A stretch of DNA of 64,000 nt from contig CBDCCZ010000038.1 of the NCBI GenBank assembly GCA_965215005.1, forward strand, positions 96,001 through 160,000, written 5' to 3'. This document shows positions 26,177 to 35,541 of this stretch, one piece after another; positions within the stretch are counted from its first letter, which is position 1; the number at the start of each line of letters is the position of its first letter. Made by a program: the position numbers and the translations under genes. Below the pieces are notes generated by a model, which was given only the letters and a program-made list of their open reading frames with translations, did no database searches and had not been told where the DNA came from. Source of the DNA: Kofleriaceae bacterium. GTDB lineage: Bacteria; Myxococcota_A; Polyangia; Haliangiales; Haliangiaceae.

Positions 26177-26468
26177 GCCCCGACGGTAGCCCCGCTTCAT
26201 CGATAGAGGCAACCGCGCCGTTCAAGCCGTGACGAAGGGATCGCGCGCTGCTTCTTCTTCGATGGTCGTGGTGGGACCGTGCCCCGGGCTGACCGAGGCG
26301 TCGGGGGCGCGGCGGTAGAGGCGCTCACGGCTCGATCGTCGCAGCTCGTGAGCGTCGCCGCCGGGAAGGTCGGTGCGCGACCACTCCTGGATACTTCGCC
26401 GCTTCACCCGTGCTCGATGATTATTTTTGATATCAAGTACGTGCTCTGCCTAACCGAATCAACTCTCG

Positions 26469-27818
26469 ATGAAGAGGATTGCATCGGTGTGTCTGGGCCT
26501 GCTCGCGTTGACTCCCAGCGTGGCCAGCGCGTACTCGCTGAGCGAAAGCTCCAGCGGCGCCACCGTGCGCTGGCAGCGCCCCGACATCGAAATCGACCTC
26601 AACCTCGCCGGCGGCCCGGGCGAGCTCGCCGCCGGGCGCACGCGGAAAGCCGTGGAAGGCGCCTTTCGCACCTGGGCGGCACAGCTGCCCGCGCCGATGA
26701 CGCTTCGAGCGCAGCTCGCCACCGGCGCCGACGCCGCGCTCTCGACCGTGACTGACGACCACCTCAACGTCGTCCGATGGGTCATGAATGAAGAGGATGA
26801 GGATTTTCAGCCCGACGCGTTGGCAACCACCTTCGTCACCTATTCGACGCGCAGCGGCGCCATCGTCGATGCCGACATCGTGATCAACGCGGCCCGCTAC
26901 ACCTGGACCGACGACGCCGAGCTCACCTGCGACAATCGCTATGACCTCGAAAACGTTCTCGCGCACGAGGTCGGTCACTTGCTGGGACTTGGCCACGCGC
27001 CCGAAGTCCACGACTCGACCATGTACCCAACCGCGGGGCCCTGTGAGACCGCCAAGCGCGACCTCGACAGCGACGACATCGGGGGCGTGCGGGCGCTCTA
27101 TGCCGACGCGCCGATAATGCTGGCCGCCGCCGCGGCCGAACGAGAAGCCGCGCCAATGAGCTGCGCGCAATCGTCGATTACTGGCAACCTCGGCAGTGGC
27201 CTCGGCACCGTGCTGCTGATTGCCGCCGCGGCGTGGCTCGCAACGCGCCGCCGGGGCGGTGCTGCGGCCACTGTCATGCTCGGAGTGGCCGTGGCGGCTT
27301 CTAGCGCCAACGCTTCGGTGCTGCGCCACTATTCGCTCGACGAAATGGTCGACGCGGCCGCCGTGGTGACGCGGGCGCAGGTGCTATCGCAAACGGTCGT
27401 GTTCGAACGCGGTCGCGTCTATACCGACAGCACCATTGCGGTGCTCGAGTGCTGGGCCGGCGACTGCACGAGCGAGCGCTTGGTGGTGCGGCAGCGCGGT
27501 GGCGAGCTCGGTGACACGACTGTGATCGTGTCGGGCATCGCGCCGCTGGCGGTGGGCGACGACGTGGTGTTGTTTCTGCGTCCAACGCGCTCGCAGCGCT
27601 TGACCGTGGTTGGCCTTGCGCAGGGTCGCTTCAAGGTGGTGGCGCGCTCGCTGGCGCTGCGCGACTTGCGCCAGATCACCCGAGTAGACGCCACGGGGAA
27701 GGCTCGGGAGGGAACCGTTGACGGCTTTCCAATGGCGGATTTGCGCGCTCGAGTCAAGGCCCGGAGCGCGCTGAAACTGGAGCGCGAAAGGCTCGCCCAT
27801 GATCCCGCAGGTGATTGA
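26469..27818 (+). CDS. Matrixin (M10) zinc metalloprotease with internal MYXO-CTERM-like anchor and a second exported domain
   Basis: Signal peptide; DADIVIN; HEVGHLLGLGH; Met-turn STMYP; then SCAQ...TM...RRR, a second signal-like helix ending ANA-S, and a further domain of about 165 aa. Confidence 0.85.
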   Translation: MKRIASVCLGLLALTPSVASAYSLSESSSGATVRWQRPDIEIDLNLAGGPGELAAGRTRKAVEGAFRTWAAQLPAPMTLRAQLATGADAALSTVTDDHLNVVRWVMNEEDEDFQPDALATTFVTYSTRSGAIVDADIVINAARYTWTDDAELTCDNRYDLENVLAHEVGHLLGLGHAPEVHDSTMYPTAGPCETAKRDLDSDDIGGVRALYADAPIMLAAAAAEREAAPMSCAQSSITGNLGSGLGTVLLIAAAAWLATRRRGGAAATVMLGVAVAASSANASVLRHYSLDEMVDAAAVVTRAQVLSQTVVFERGRVYTDSTIAVLECWAGDCTSERLVVRQRGGELGDTTVIVSGIAPLAVGDDVVLFLRPTRSQRLTVVGLAQGRFKVVARSLALRDLRQITRVDATGKAREGTVDGFPMADLRARVKARSALKLERERLAHDPAGD

Positions 27819-27846
27819 TATCACTGAATAAGTTCGTTCCTGATGC

Positions 27847-27885
27847 GAGTCCGTGGGCGGCGAACTTGACTTGCCCACGGGCTTT
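27847..27885 (+). terminator. Hairpin after the matrixin gene (possible terminator)
   Basis: CCGTGGGC...GCCCACGG stem followed by GCTTT. Confidence 0.4.
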
Positions 27886-27902
27886 GCAATGCTCGGGGAA
27901 CC

Positions 27903-28010
27903 GTGAGGTCCCAAAGCGACGAAACCACGCGTGACGGCGAGCCTGGCCTGGGCACCATCGCGCTGGCCTTGGCCGCGCTGATGTTGGCGGTGGTCGGCTA
28001 CTTCCTCTAG
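27903..28010 (+). CDS. Putative 35-aa single-TM small protein
   Basis: GTG...TAG encoding MRSQSDETTRDGEPGLGTIALALAALMLAVVGYFL; GGGGA upstream; TTGACT at 27866. Confidence 0.45.
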   Translation: MRSQSDETTRDGEPGLGTIALALAALMLAVVGYFL

Positions 28011-28078
28011 CGCGTCAGGCGATGCACTGGCCTTGGCCACGCTGCTCATCGCCCGGCACGACTGCTGCGACGCTCGGC

Positions 28079-29080
28079 TTACAACTCTTCGAGCAGACGC
28101 GCGGCGGCGTCGATGAGCGGCAATGCGAGCGCGGCACCCGCGCCCTCGCCATGCGACAGCCCCAAATCGAACAGCGGCACCAGCCCCAACGCACCGAGCG
28201 CCTGGCGATGGCTCGGCTCGCTGCCAGCATGGGCGGCGATGAGATACCCCGGCACCGCCGGCGCGAGCCGGGCGGCAATGAGCGCGGCCGCGCTGGTGCC
28301 GTGGTCGTCGAGCACCACCGGCACCGAGATGGCCGCTGCAGCGAGGATCAGTCCGGCTAGCACCCCGAGGTCGTAGCCGCCGAGCTGCGCCAGGAGCGCG
28401 ATCGGCTCGGCGGCCAGCGGCGCGTTGGCGGCGAGCGCCGCGTCCACCACCGCGCGATCCACGGCACTCGCCACGGCAGCGGTCTCGGCACCGGTGAGCG
28501 CCGCGATCACCGCCGCGCTCACCGGCTGCGCCCCCGGCGCGAGCTGTCCTACCGCCAGCACATCGAGGCCTTCGTCGGCCAGCGAAAGCAGCGCCGCGAT
28601 GCCGGTTTGCACCGCCAGCAGCGCCACGCTGCTCGGCATCGCGGGGCCAACGCTGATGTCGCCGGTGCCATCGCCGAGGCGCAGATCCACCACTCCGTCT
28701 GCCAGCCACCGCTGGCCGCCGCGAACCCCTGCATCGAGCACCACCACGCGCGCTCCGGCGGTCCGCGCGACGGCGTTGACCGCGGCGCCGCCAGCCGCAA
28801 TGTGCTGGGCACCTACCACCGCCGGGCTGTGCACCCCGAGGTCGACGCGGGGATCGGCGATGCCATGGTCGGCGGCTACGCATAGTACGACTCGCCGCGC
28901 GAGCGCCGGCCGCGGCGCATGCCGCGCTGCACAGAGGCGCTCGATCAGATGGCCCACCGCGCCCAGCTCGCGACCTCCGCGCTGCGCCGCCAACCGCTGC
29001 CGAACGCCCAGTGCCTGCGCCTCACTGGCCGGGCTGATGCTGGCAACCAGCGCGTCGATCACCTCGCGCACGTCGCTCAC
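28079..29080 (-). CDS. cobT: Nicotinate-nucleotide:DMB phosphoribosyltransferase-like protein (divergent CobT)
   Basis: VAADHG, GGAAVN, GTGDISVGPAM, LGGYDL, PVVLD, AAHAGSEPSH, PLFDLGLSHGEGAGA. Confidence 0.85.
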   Translation of the reverse strand: MSDVREVIDALVASISPASEAQALGVRQRLAAQRGGRELGAVGHLIERLCAARHAPRPALARRVVLCVAADHGIADPRVDLGVHSPAVVGAQHIAAGGAAVNAVARTAGARVVVLDAGVRGGQRWLADGVVDLRLGDGTGDISVGPAMPSSVALLAVQTGIAALLSLADEGLDVLAVGQLAPGAQPVSAAVIAALTGAETAAVASAVDRAVVDAALAANAPLAAEPIALLAQLGGYDLGVLAGLILAAAAISVPVVLDDHGTSAAALIAARLAPAVPGYLIAAHAGSEPSHRQALGALGLVPLFDLGLSHGEGAGAALALPLIDAAARLLEEL

Positions 29081-29087
29081 CGCCGAA

Positions 29088-29219
29088 GCCTACCACTGCC
29101 GCGGCCTCACCGGCCGACGAGGCGTGCCGCGACGGCCACCTCGCCACCTCAGCACCTCGATTGCCTCGCGGCTCACCGCGCGGCCTACCACTGCCGCGGC
29201 CTCACCGGCCGACGAGGCG
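29088..29219. repeat. Two exact 37-bp direct repeats (29088-29124, 29183-29219)
   Basis: GCCTACCACTGCCGCGGCCTCACCGGCCGACGAGGCG twice, period 95 bp; flanks also similar. Confidence 0.95.
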
Positions 29220-29244
29220 CGCCGATGAGACTGCGTTCTTGGCG

Positions 29245-29796
29245 TTACTGAAGGTCGCGGAACAGAAAGTCGGTCTGCGCGTCCTCGTGGCAGTTGATGC
29301 AACTGTCCATCTTGCCTTGTTGCATGGCAGTGGTGCCATTTGGCTCATAGACACCCCAAAACCAGTTGGCCGCTTCGGCGTTGTAGCCTTCGCCCATCTT
29401 CACCATCACAGTGAGATTCTTTGCTTCGCTCGCGTCCATGGTGGGGTATTGCGCCTTCACCACCTTTGCCCCTTCGGGCAGCTCTTGGCCATCGAGATAG
29501 GCTTGCGCCCACTCCGTTGGCACATAGATGTCGACGTACATGTTGCTGTGCGATTGCGATAGCGAGCGCTGCGTCGAGACCTTCTGCCAGCTCTGCCAAT
29601 CAGCCACCGGCACCTCAGCGGCATTCTCCGAGCCGCCGCCGCACGGGTTGTCGCCGCCGCACGGATTGTCGCCGCCGCACGGATTGTCGCCGCCGGTCTG
29701 CGGCATGGTATCGGCGCTGTCGCTCTTCTGGCCGCCACCACAACCGAAGGCCAAGAGTGGGATAGCAGCGAGTGCGAGGACGATTCGAGTCTGCAT
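29245..29796 (-). CDS. Cytochrome P460/c'-beta family lipoprotein
   Basis: Lipobox LAFG-C; LPEGAKVVK, VMVKM, NWFW, C-terminal CINCH heme motif, DFLF. Confidence 0.8.
   Translation of the reverse strand: MQTRIVLALAAIPLLAFGCGGGQKSDSADTMPQTGGDNPCGGDNPCGGDNPCGGGSENAAEVPVADWQSWQKVSTQRSLSQSHSNMYVDIYVPTEWAQAYLDGQELPEGAKVVKAQYPTMDASEAKNLTVMVKMGEGYNAEAANWFWGVYEPNGTTAMQQGKMDSCINCHEDAQTDFLFRDLQ
29641..29694 (-). repeat. 3 x 18-bp tandem repeat encoding GGDNPC
   Basis: GCACGG(G/A)TTGTCGCCGCC three times on the + strand. Confidence 0.95.
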
Positions 29797-30346
29797 TCAG
29801 TTCTCCTTGAGCTATGCGCCAACGATGCGCACCGGCGCCGCATGTGCAGCCTACGTGCCGCCCGCTGCATCGCCTCGCACTCGGATGTTTTCCTCCACCG
29901 CGAGGGAGCTTTCATTCCACGGTGGAGTGCGAAGTGGTTTCAGTGCCTGCCAACGGGCAGCTGCCCTTCGAGCTGACAGTTCTCGGCCGTGTGCGTAACC
30001 GCTCGCTGAGCGCGTGTGCCACAAGTGCCAGCAACGCGTACACCGCGAGGCCGTCAGCAGTGGGGAACCTCAACCCCCAGCGCTGGACGGCCGGCTTTTT
30101 GGGCGCGCTATTTTGTACGATAGAATACTATTTATCAGTGCTTTTGCAGTGTGACCATCGCCGCGCCCTTGGCGCTAAGCAGCAAGTCGCCTATGGGAGG
30201 CATCGATTCGCCCGGTTCGCCGCGAGCCGTAGGCCGGAATCGACCTCTTCGACGTTGCCCATCGCCGAACTCCCGCCTAAATTCCGTCTGTTGGACTCAC
30301 CTGAGAGCCTCCTACTCTACAGTGATCCACACCGGTCCCCTCTCGG

Positions 30347-32251
30347 ATGCACATTGATCCCCCCGAATCGGCTCTCGAGGCGCTCCTTCAACATTTGAAG
30401 GTCGAACGTGGATTCGACTTCACCGGCTATAAGCGCTCGACCCTGATTCGGCGCCTGCGTAAGCGGATCACGTCGCTCGGCATCGAGGACTTCGAGCGCT
30501 ATCGCGACTATTTGCAGGCCAATCCCGATGAGGCTGGCCCGCTGTTCGACACGCTGCTCATCAACGTCACCGCGTTCTTTCGCGACACCGAGGCGTGTCA
30601 GTTCCTCGCGCAGACTGTCATTCCGCAGCTGCTCGCCCATCGCGACGATCGCGATCCAATCCGGGTTTGGTCTGCCGGCTGCGCCTCGGGCGAAGAGCCC
30701 TTCACCGTCGCGATGCTCCTGGCCGATGCGCTCGGGCTCAAAGAGTACGGCCGCCGGGTCAAGATTTACGCCACTGACTTAGACGAAGCCGCGCTCGAGC
30801 AAGCGCGTCGCGGCCGCTACTCTAGCGAGTCCCTCGAGTCGGTGCCGGAGCGCTTCCGTCGGCGCTTCTTCGCCGAAGCCGATGGCTGCGGCGTCATCGA
30901 ATCGCAGCTGCGGCGGTCGGTGATTTTTGGTCGCCACGACTTGGTGCAGGACGCGCCGATTCCGCACCTGGACCTGCTCGTGTGTCGCAACGTCCTCATG
31001 TACTTCAACGCGGATTTACAGAGCCGCATCCTCGGGCGGTTTCACTTCGCGCTCGAGGAGCACGGCTTCTTATTTTTGGGACGCGCCGAGATGCTGCTCT
31101 CGCATCAGGCATTCTTCGCGCCGGTCGAGCTCAAGCACCGCATGTTTCATAAAGTCTCGCGCGCCCCTGCGCTGCATACCTTCGCTCCGGCCACCCGCGA
31201 GCGTCTCGACTTGCCTCATGACGAGAGCTCGCGGCACGCTTGGCTGCGCCAAGCTGCGCTGGAAGCGGCGCCGGTGGCGCAAATCGTCGTTGATGAACAG
31301 CGTCGGGTGGCGCTGTTCAATCATCAAGCCGAATTGCTGTTTCGTCTCGGCACTGCCGATTTCGGCAAGCCGCTGCAAGACTTGGAGCTCTCCTACCGGC
31401 CCCTCGAGCTGCGCAGTCTGATCGACGAGGCCGAACACAGCGGCGGCATCATCGAGCGCCAGTCCGTCGAGTGGCGCCTGGCCGGTGAACAAGATAGCCA
31501 GTTCCTCGACGTAATCGTGACGCCGCTGCAGCGCGAAGGTCGAATGTTGGGAATGGCGATCACGTTCAACGACGTGACCCATCGCCACGTGCTGCAGCTC
31601 CGCTTGCAGCGCTCGGGCGAAAACCTCGAAACCGCCTACGAGGAGCTTCAGGCCTCGAATGAGGAGCTCGAGACCACTAACGAGGAGCTGCAATCCTCGA
31701 ATGAAGAGCTCGAGACCACCAATGAGGAGCTGCAGGCGGCCAATGAGGAGATGGAAACCATCAATGAGGAGCTGCGCTCGACCAACGAGGAATACAGCCG
31801 CTCCAACGAACAGCTGCGCGAGCATGAGGCCGACCTCGAGAGAACCAACAGCTTTTTGCACGCCATCCTCGGCAGCCTGAGTGCCGGCGTGGCGGTGCTA
31901 GACAGCAACCTGCGAGTGACAGTCTGGAACGGGCAAGCGCGGGATCTGTGGGGTCTCCGGGACGATGAAGCGCTCGGAACGGCAATCGGTGATCTCGATA
32001 TCGGCCTGCCAATCGATGACCTCATGCCGCAGCTTCGCAAGGGGATCGATGGCGACCACGATGGCTCCGGGGCGCAGGTCATTGAAGCCATCGATCGCCG
32101 CGGCCGCCCGCTGCGTTGCGAGGTGCAAATCGCACCGCTGCACGACGGTGGGTCGTATCGCGGCGTCATCATGTTTATGGAACGACTCGGCGATGGAGCT
32201 GCCGACGGTGCCGCGGCCGATGGCGGCGGCAGTGGGAAGGGCCGGCGATGA
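30347..32251 (+). CDS. CheR-type methyltransferase with PAS domains and EELxxxN coiled coil
   Basis: LINVTAFFRD, RVWSAGCASGEE, KIYATD, DLLVCRNVLMYF; PAS; NEELETTNEELQS repeats; second PAS. Confidence 0.92.
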   Translation: MHIDPPESALEALLQHLKVERGFDFTGYKRSTLIRRLRKRITSLGIEDFERYRDYLQANPDEAGPLFDTLLINVTAFFRDTEACQFLAQTVIPQLLAHRDDRDPIRVWSAGCASGEEPFTVAMLLADALGLKEYGRRVKIYATDLDEAALEQARRGRYSSESLESVPERFRRRFFAEADGCGVIESQLRRSVIFGRHDLVQDAPIPHLDLLVCRNVLMYFNADLQSRILGRFHFALEEHGFLFLGRAEMLLSHQAFFAPVELKHRMFHKVSRAPALHTFAPATRERLDLPHDESSRHAWLRQAALEAAPVAQIVVDEQRRVALFNHQAELLFRLGTADFGKPLQDLELSYRPLELRSLIDEAEHSGGIIERQSVEWRLAGEQDSQFLDVIVTPLQREGRMLGMAITFNDVTHRHVLQLRLQRSGENLETAYEELQASNEELETTNEELQSSNEELETTNEELQAANEEMETINEELRSTNEEYSRSNEQLREHEADLERTNSFLHAILGSLSAGVAVLDSNLRVTVWNGQARDLWGLRDDEALGTAIGDLDIGLPIDDLMPQLRKGIDGDHDGSGAQVIEAIDRRGRPLRCEVQIAPLHDGGSYRGVIMFMERLGDGAADGAAADGGGSGKGRR

Positions 32252-34005
32252 GCGCAACGTCTAACGAGCAGCACGATCTTCAGCAGAACGGGTGGGGCAT
32301 GCGTGATCCCATAGAGCAAGATTTCTCTCAAGCTGTAGGCTACATCGCTGACCGACTGCGCGAGCTCGAGGGCAACGCAGCACCGGAGCCAACCTCCTTT
32401 GCCCAGCAGGCGCTAGAGCAGCTGGTGTGCTCGGTGGAGGAGCTCTACGTCATGCAGGAAGAGCTGCAGGTGCGAAGTAAGCAGCTCACCACGGCATATA
32501 GCCAGATGGAGCGCGACCATCGCCGCTATCAGCAGCTGTTCATGATGGCCCCCGACGGCAACCTGGTTCTCACTGCCCGAACCGTGGTCGAAGAGGCCAA
32601 TCATGCGGTCGCCGATTTACTCGGTATCGTGGCGGCGCACGTCGTAGACAAGCCGTTTCGCGTCTTCGTTGCCGAGCGCCACCGGTCGATATTCGACCGC
32701 TTTCTCGCCACCGTGTGCAGCGAAACGCTGCCGCAGGAGCTCGAGATCGACCTCGCCGGCGCCGGCGGCTCGGCGCGCGGCCGAGCCATTCCCTGCGCGA
32801 TTCGTGCGGTGGCGATGCGCGATTCCCGCGGTCACGTGAGCGGCTATCGGCTGGTGGTGCGCGACCTCAACGAGCGCATGCGGGCACGCCGCGTGGCCCA
32901 GATAGAGGCAGAATCGCGCCGCAAGGACGAGTTTCTCGCGATGCTCGCCCACGAGCTGCGCAACCCACTCGCGCCCATCCTCTCGGCCGCGCAGCTCCTC
33001 GAGAATAACGAGGAGCCGCCGCCCGCGCAGGTGCACAATGCCTCCAGCGTGATCGTTCGCAACGTTGAGCACCTGCGCGGCTTGGTGAATGACCTACTCG
33101 ACACCGCGCGGCTCTCCCAAGGCAAGATTCGCCTCGACCCGCGGCCAGTGGCGATGCGCGAGGTCGTCGAGCATGCGGCCGAGATGATTCGCCCGCTGCT
33201 CGATTCTAAGAAGCAAGAGCTGCAACTCGTCGTCGACGATGCCGCGCTCAACGTGCTGGGCGACCCCGAGCGGCTCCGGCAGGTGGTCTCGAACCTGTTA
33301 GACAATGCCGCGAAGTACACGCCCGAGGGTGGTTCGGTGACGCTGGAGCTGCGTCGCATGGGCGGCCAGGTGGCGGTGTGCGTGACGGATACCGGCATTG
33401 GTCTGCGCGCGGATCAGCTCGAAGGCATCTTCGAGCTCTTCACCCAAGGGGACCGCACGTTGGCGCGCTCGGAAGGGGGGCTCGGGCTCGGGCTAGCCTT
33501 GGTGCGGCGCTTGGTCGAGCTGCATGGCGGCAGCGTAGCCGCGACCAGCGAGGGACCCGGTCGCGGCAGCCAGTTCGTGGTCCGGTTGCCGGCGAGCGGT
33601 CGCGCCACCAGTGCCGATGCGACCAGAGTTCCCGCTGTGTCGGCGCCGCCGCGAACCATCTTGGTGGTCGATGACAACGCCGACGTCGCCGATACCCTGG
33701 CGATGCTGCTGCAGGCCTTTGGCCACTCGGTGCAGATAGCGCGCAGCGGGCGCGAGGCGATCGCTGCCGCGACCGATAGCCTGTTCGACGTGGTGCTGCT
33801 GGATCTCGGCTTGCCAGACATCGATGGTTACGAGGTCGCGCGCGAGCTGCGGCAGCTTTGGGGGGAGAGCGCGCCGGCACTGGTGGCGCTCACCGGCTAT
33901 GGGGATGCCGAGAGCCGGCAGCTATCGCGTGAGGCCGGAATGGCGGCGCATCTGCTCAAGCCGATCGCCGCCGACGAGGTCAAGCGCGTGCTCGCTGCCC
34001 TATGA
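32248..34005 (+). CDS. PAS-containing hybrid histidine kinase / response regulator
   Basis: [34 protein letters not shown]; receiver ILVVDD...LLDLGLP...KP. ATGA coupling to the cheR gene. Confidence 0.95.
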   Translation: MSATSNEQHDLQQNGWGMRDPIEQDFSQAVGYIADRLRELEGNAAPEPTSFAQQALEQLVCSVEELYVMQEELQVRSKQLTTAYSQMERDHRRYQQLFMMAPDGNLVLTARTVVEEANHAVADLLGIVAAHVVDKPFRVFVAERHRSIFDRFLATVCSETLPQELEIDLAGAGGSARGRAIPCAIRAVAMRDSRGHVSGYRLVVRDLNERMRARRVAQIEAESRRKDEFLAMLAHELRNPLAPILSAAQLLENNEEPPPAQVHNASSVIVRNVEHLRGLVNDLLDTARLSQGKIRLDPRPVAMREVVEHAAEMIRPLLDSKKQELQLVVDDAALNVLGDPERLRQVVSNLLDNAAKYTPEGGSVTLELRRMGGQVAVCVTDTGIGLRADQLEGIFELFTQGDRTLARSEGGLGLGLALVRRLVELHGGSVAATSEGPGRGSQFVVRLPASGRATSADATRVPAVSAPPRTILVVDDNADVADTLAMLLQAFGHSVQIARSGREAIAAATDSLFDVVLLDLGLPDIDGYEVARELRQLWGESAPALVALTGYGDAESRQLSREAGMAAHLLKPIAADEVKRVLAAL

Positions 34006-34124
34006 GCCGACTTTCTCGGCTCCGTTGAGCGGTGCGTCGGCTGTGCTCCTCTCCGGGGGCAACGTCGCCGCGCGCGAGGGTCCACACTGCCGCGCGCGAG
34101 GGTCCACACTCGAGGACCGATGGC

Positions 34125-35540
34125 TTACGGGCGCAACGGATCGATGCCGAGCGCGAGCTGCAGCTCGGCTAGCGCCTGATACTGCTCGACGTGCGCTTTG
34201 ATGGCGTCTTTGGCGTCTTTGGCCGCCGTCAGCTCGCGCAGGTTGACCAGCAGCAAATCACTGGCACCCACGCGAAACCGCTCGCGCTCGGCTTCGGCCA
34301 GCGCGGCGGCTAGGGCAGCGCGCTCAGCCGCGAGCGCCGCGCCTGCGACCGCGGCGTTGAACGCGGCGCGCTCGGCTATCACCATTGCATCGAGGCGGTC
34401 GCGCAGGCCGCGCGATCGCGCATCGACTTGTGCCACCCGCGCTGCGGCCGCCGCGCGCTCTCCGCGCGCGCGATATTGATTGAGCGGCAGCTCGAAGCGA
34501 AGCCCGATCTCGAGCTCGGTGGGGTCGAGTGTCTCCGAGCCCTCGCCGAAGTCGCGCGCGACGTTCGCCGAGACATCCAGTGCCGGCAGGATGCGGTTGT
34601 CGGCAAGTTGGCGCTCGGCTTCCGCTTGGCTGCGCTCGAGCTCGAGAACGGCGACCTCGGGACGAGTGCCGGCGGGAATGTCGGGGGCAATTGGCGGCTC
34701 GGCGGGTGCCGGTGGCACCCAGGACGGCGCCGCCAACACCGGCTGCCCATCCGGCGCTCGGTAGTACGTCGAGAGCGAGGCGGCCGCTTCGAGCGCATCG
34801 CGCTCCGCTTCGAGCAGGCGTTGGCGGCGCTCGAGCAAGAGCCGCTGATTATCGACGCGAACGATCTCGGGCAGCAGCCCACTGCGCACTTGCTCCTCGA
34901 TTTGCGCTGCTCGCTCCTGGGCGAGCTCGAGCAGTGCCTGCTCGACTGCCATGGCGCGCACCGCGCCGACCCACTTCCAGTACGCCACCGACGCGTCGCG
35001 GGCGAGCTCGAGCCAGACGCCGCGAATTGCCAGCTCGGCCTGGCGCCGCTCGAGCTCGGCGATGGTGAGCTTGGTGCGGCGAGAATCCACCGCCCGCCCG
35101 GCCAGAAGCGGCAGCTTGATGCCCGCGCTGATTTCGCCGCCGGAGAGGGTCTCGAGCTCGCCCTTGTAAATCGGCACCGGCCGCGGCGACTCGAGCCCAC
35201 GGGCTCGGTCTTCGCCCGTGGTGTAGCGATAGCCGGCGAACAAGTCGATGCCCCACACCGCCAGTGGCACGTCCACCTGCACCGCGGTGGCGGCGTAGTC
35301 GTAGTAGCCGAATTGCATGGCTTTGCCCTCGGCAACAAGCGCGGGATCGAACGGACCGCGCGCGGCCCGCTGCTTACCCGCGGCCTCGGCTAGCTTGGCG
35401 CGCAGCTCGGCGGTTTTAGGATGCGTCGCCAGCGCCGAACGCAGCACCTCGGTTTCTCCCAGCGTTTGTGCGCGGACCAATGTCGACGCGCCGAGCAGCG
35501 CGCCGACAACGGCGGCAACGGCAAATCCACGACTGCTCAT
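34125..35540 (-). CDS. TolC-family outer-membrane protein
   Basis: Signal peptide, two OEP-like halves, AERERFRVGASDLLLVNLRE. Confidence 0.88.
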   Translation of the reverse strand: MSSRGFAVAAVVGALLGASTLVRAQTLGETEVLRSALATHPKTAELRAKLAEAAGKQRAARGPFDPALVAEGKAMQFGYYDYAATAVQVDVPLAVWGIDLFAGYRYTTGEDRARGLESPRPVPIYKGELETLSGGEISAGIKLPLLAGRAVDSRRTKLTIAELERRQAELAIRGVWLELARDASVAYWKWVGAVRAMAVEQALLELAQERAAQIEEQVRSGLLPEIVRVDNQRLLLERRQRLLEAERDALEAAASLSTYYRAPDGQPVLAAPSWVPPAPAEPPIAPDIPAGTRPEVAVLELERSQAEAERQLADNRILPALDVSANVARDFGEGSETLDPTELEIGLRFELPLNQYRARGERAAAAARVAQVDARSRGLRDRLDAMVIAERAAFNAAVAGAALAAERAALAAALAEAERERFRVGASDLLLVNLRELTAAKDAKDAIKAHVEQYQALAELQLALGIDPLRP

Positions 35541-35541
35541 G

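Noticed and set aside
26222..26407. 61-aa ORF on the minus strand upstream of the D-cysteine desulfhydrase gene
   Set aside because: No motif or clear ribosome-binding site; possible but unsupported.
29088..29219. 37-bp direct repeats as a mini CRISPR array
   Set aside because: Only two copies, a 58-bp spacer, similarity extending into the flanks, no cas genes or AT-rich leader, and the repeat includes the cobT promoter region.
29797..30346. 550-bp intergenic region as a hidden gene or ncRNA
   Set aside because: Overlapping ORFs lack protein-like features; the AT-rich patch (TAGAAT at 30121) fits a divergent promoter region.
31635..31795. 21-bp periodic repeat as an independent DNA element
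   Set aside because: Encodes the EELxxxN coiled-coil heptads of the CheR protein.
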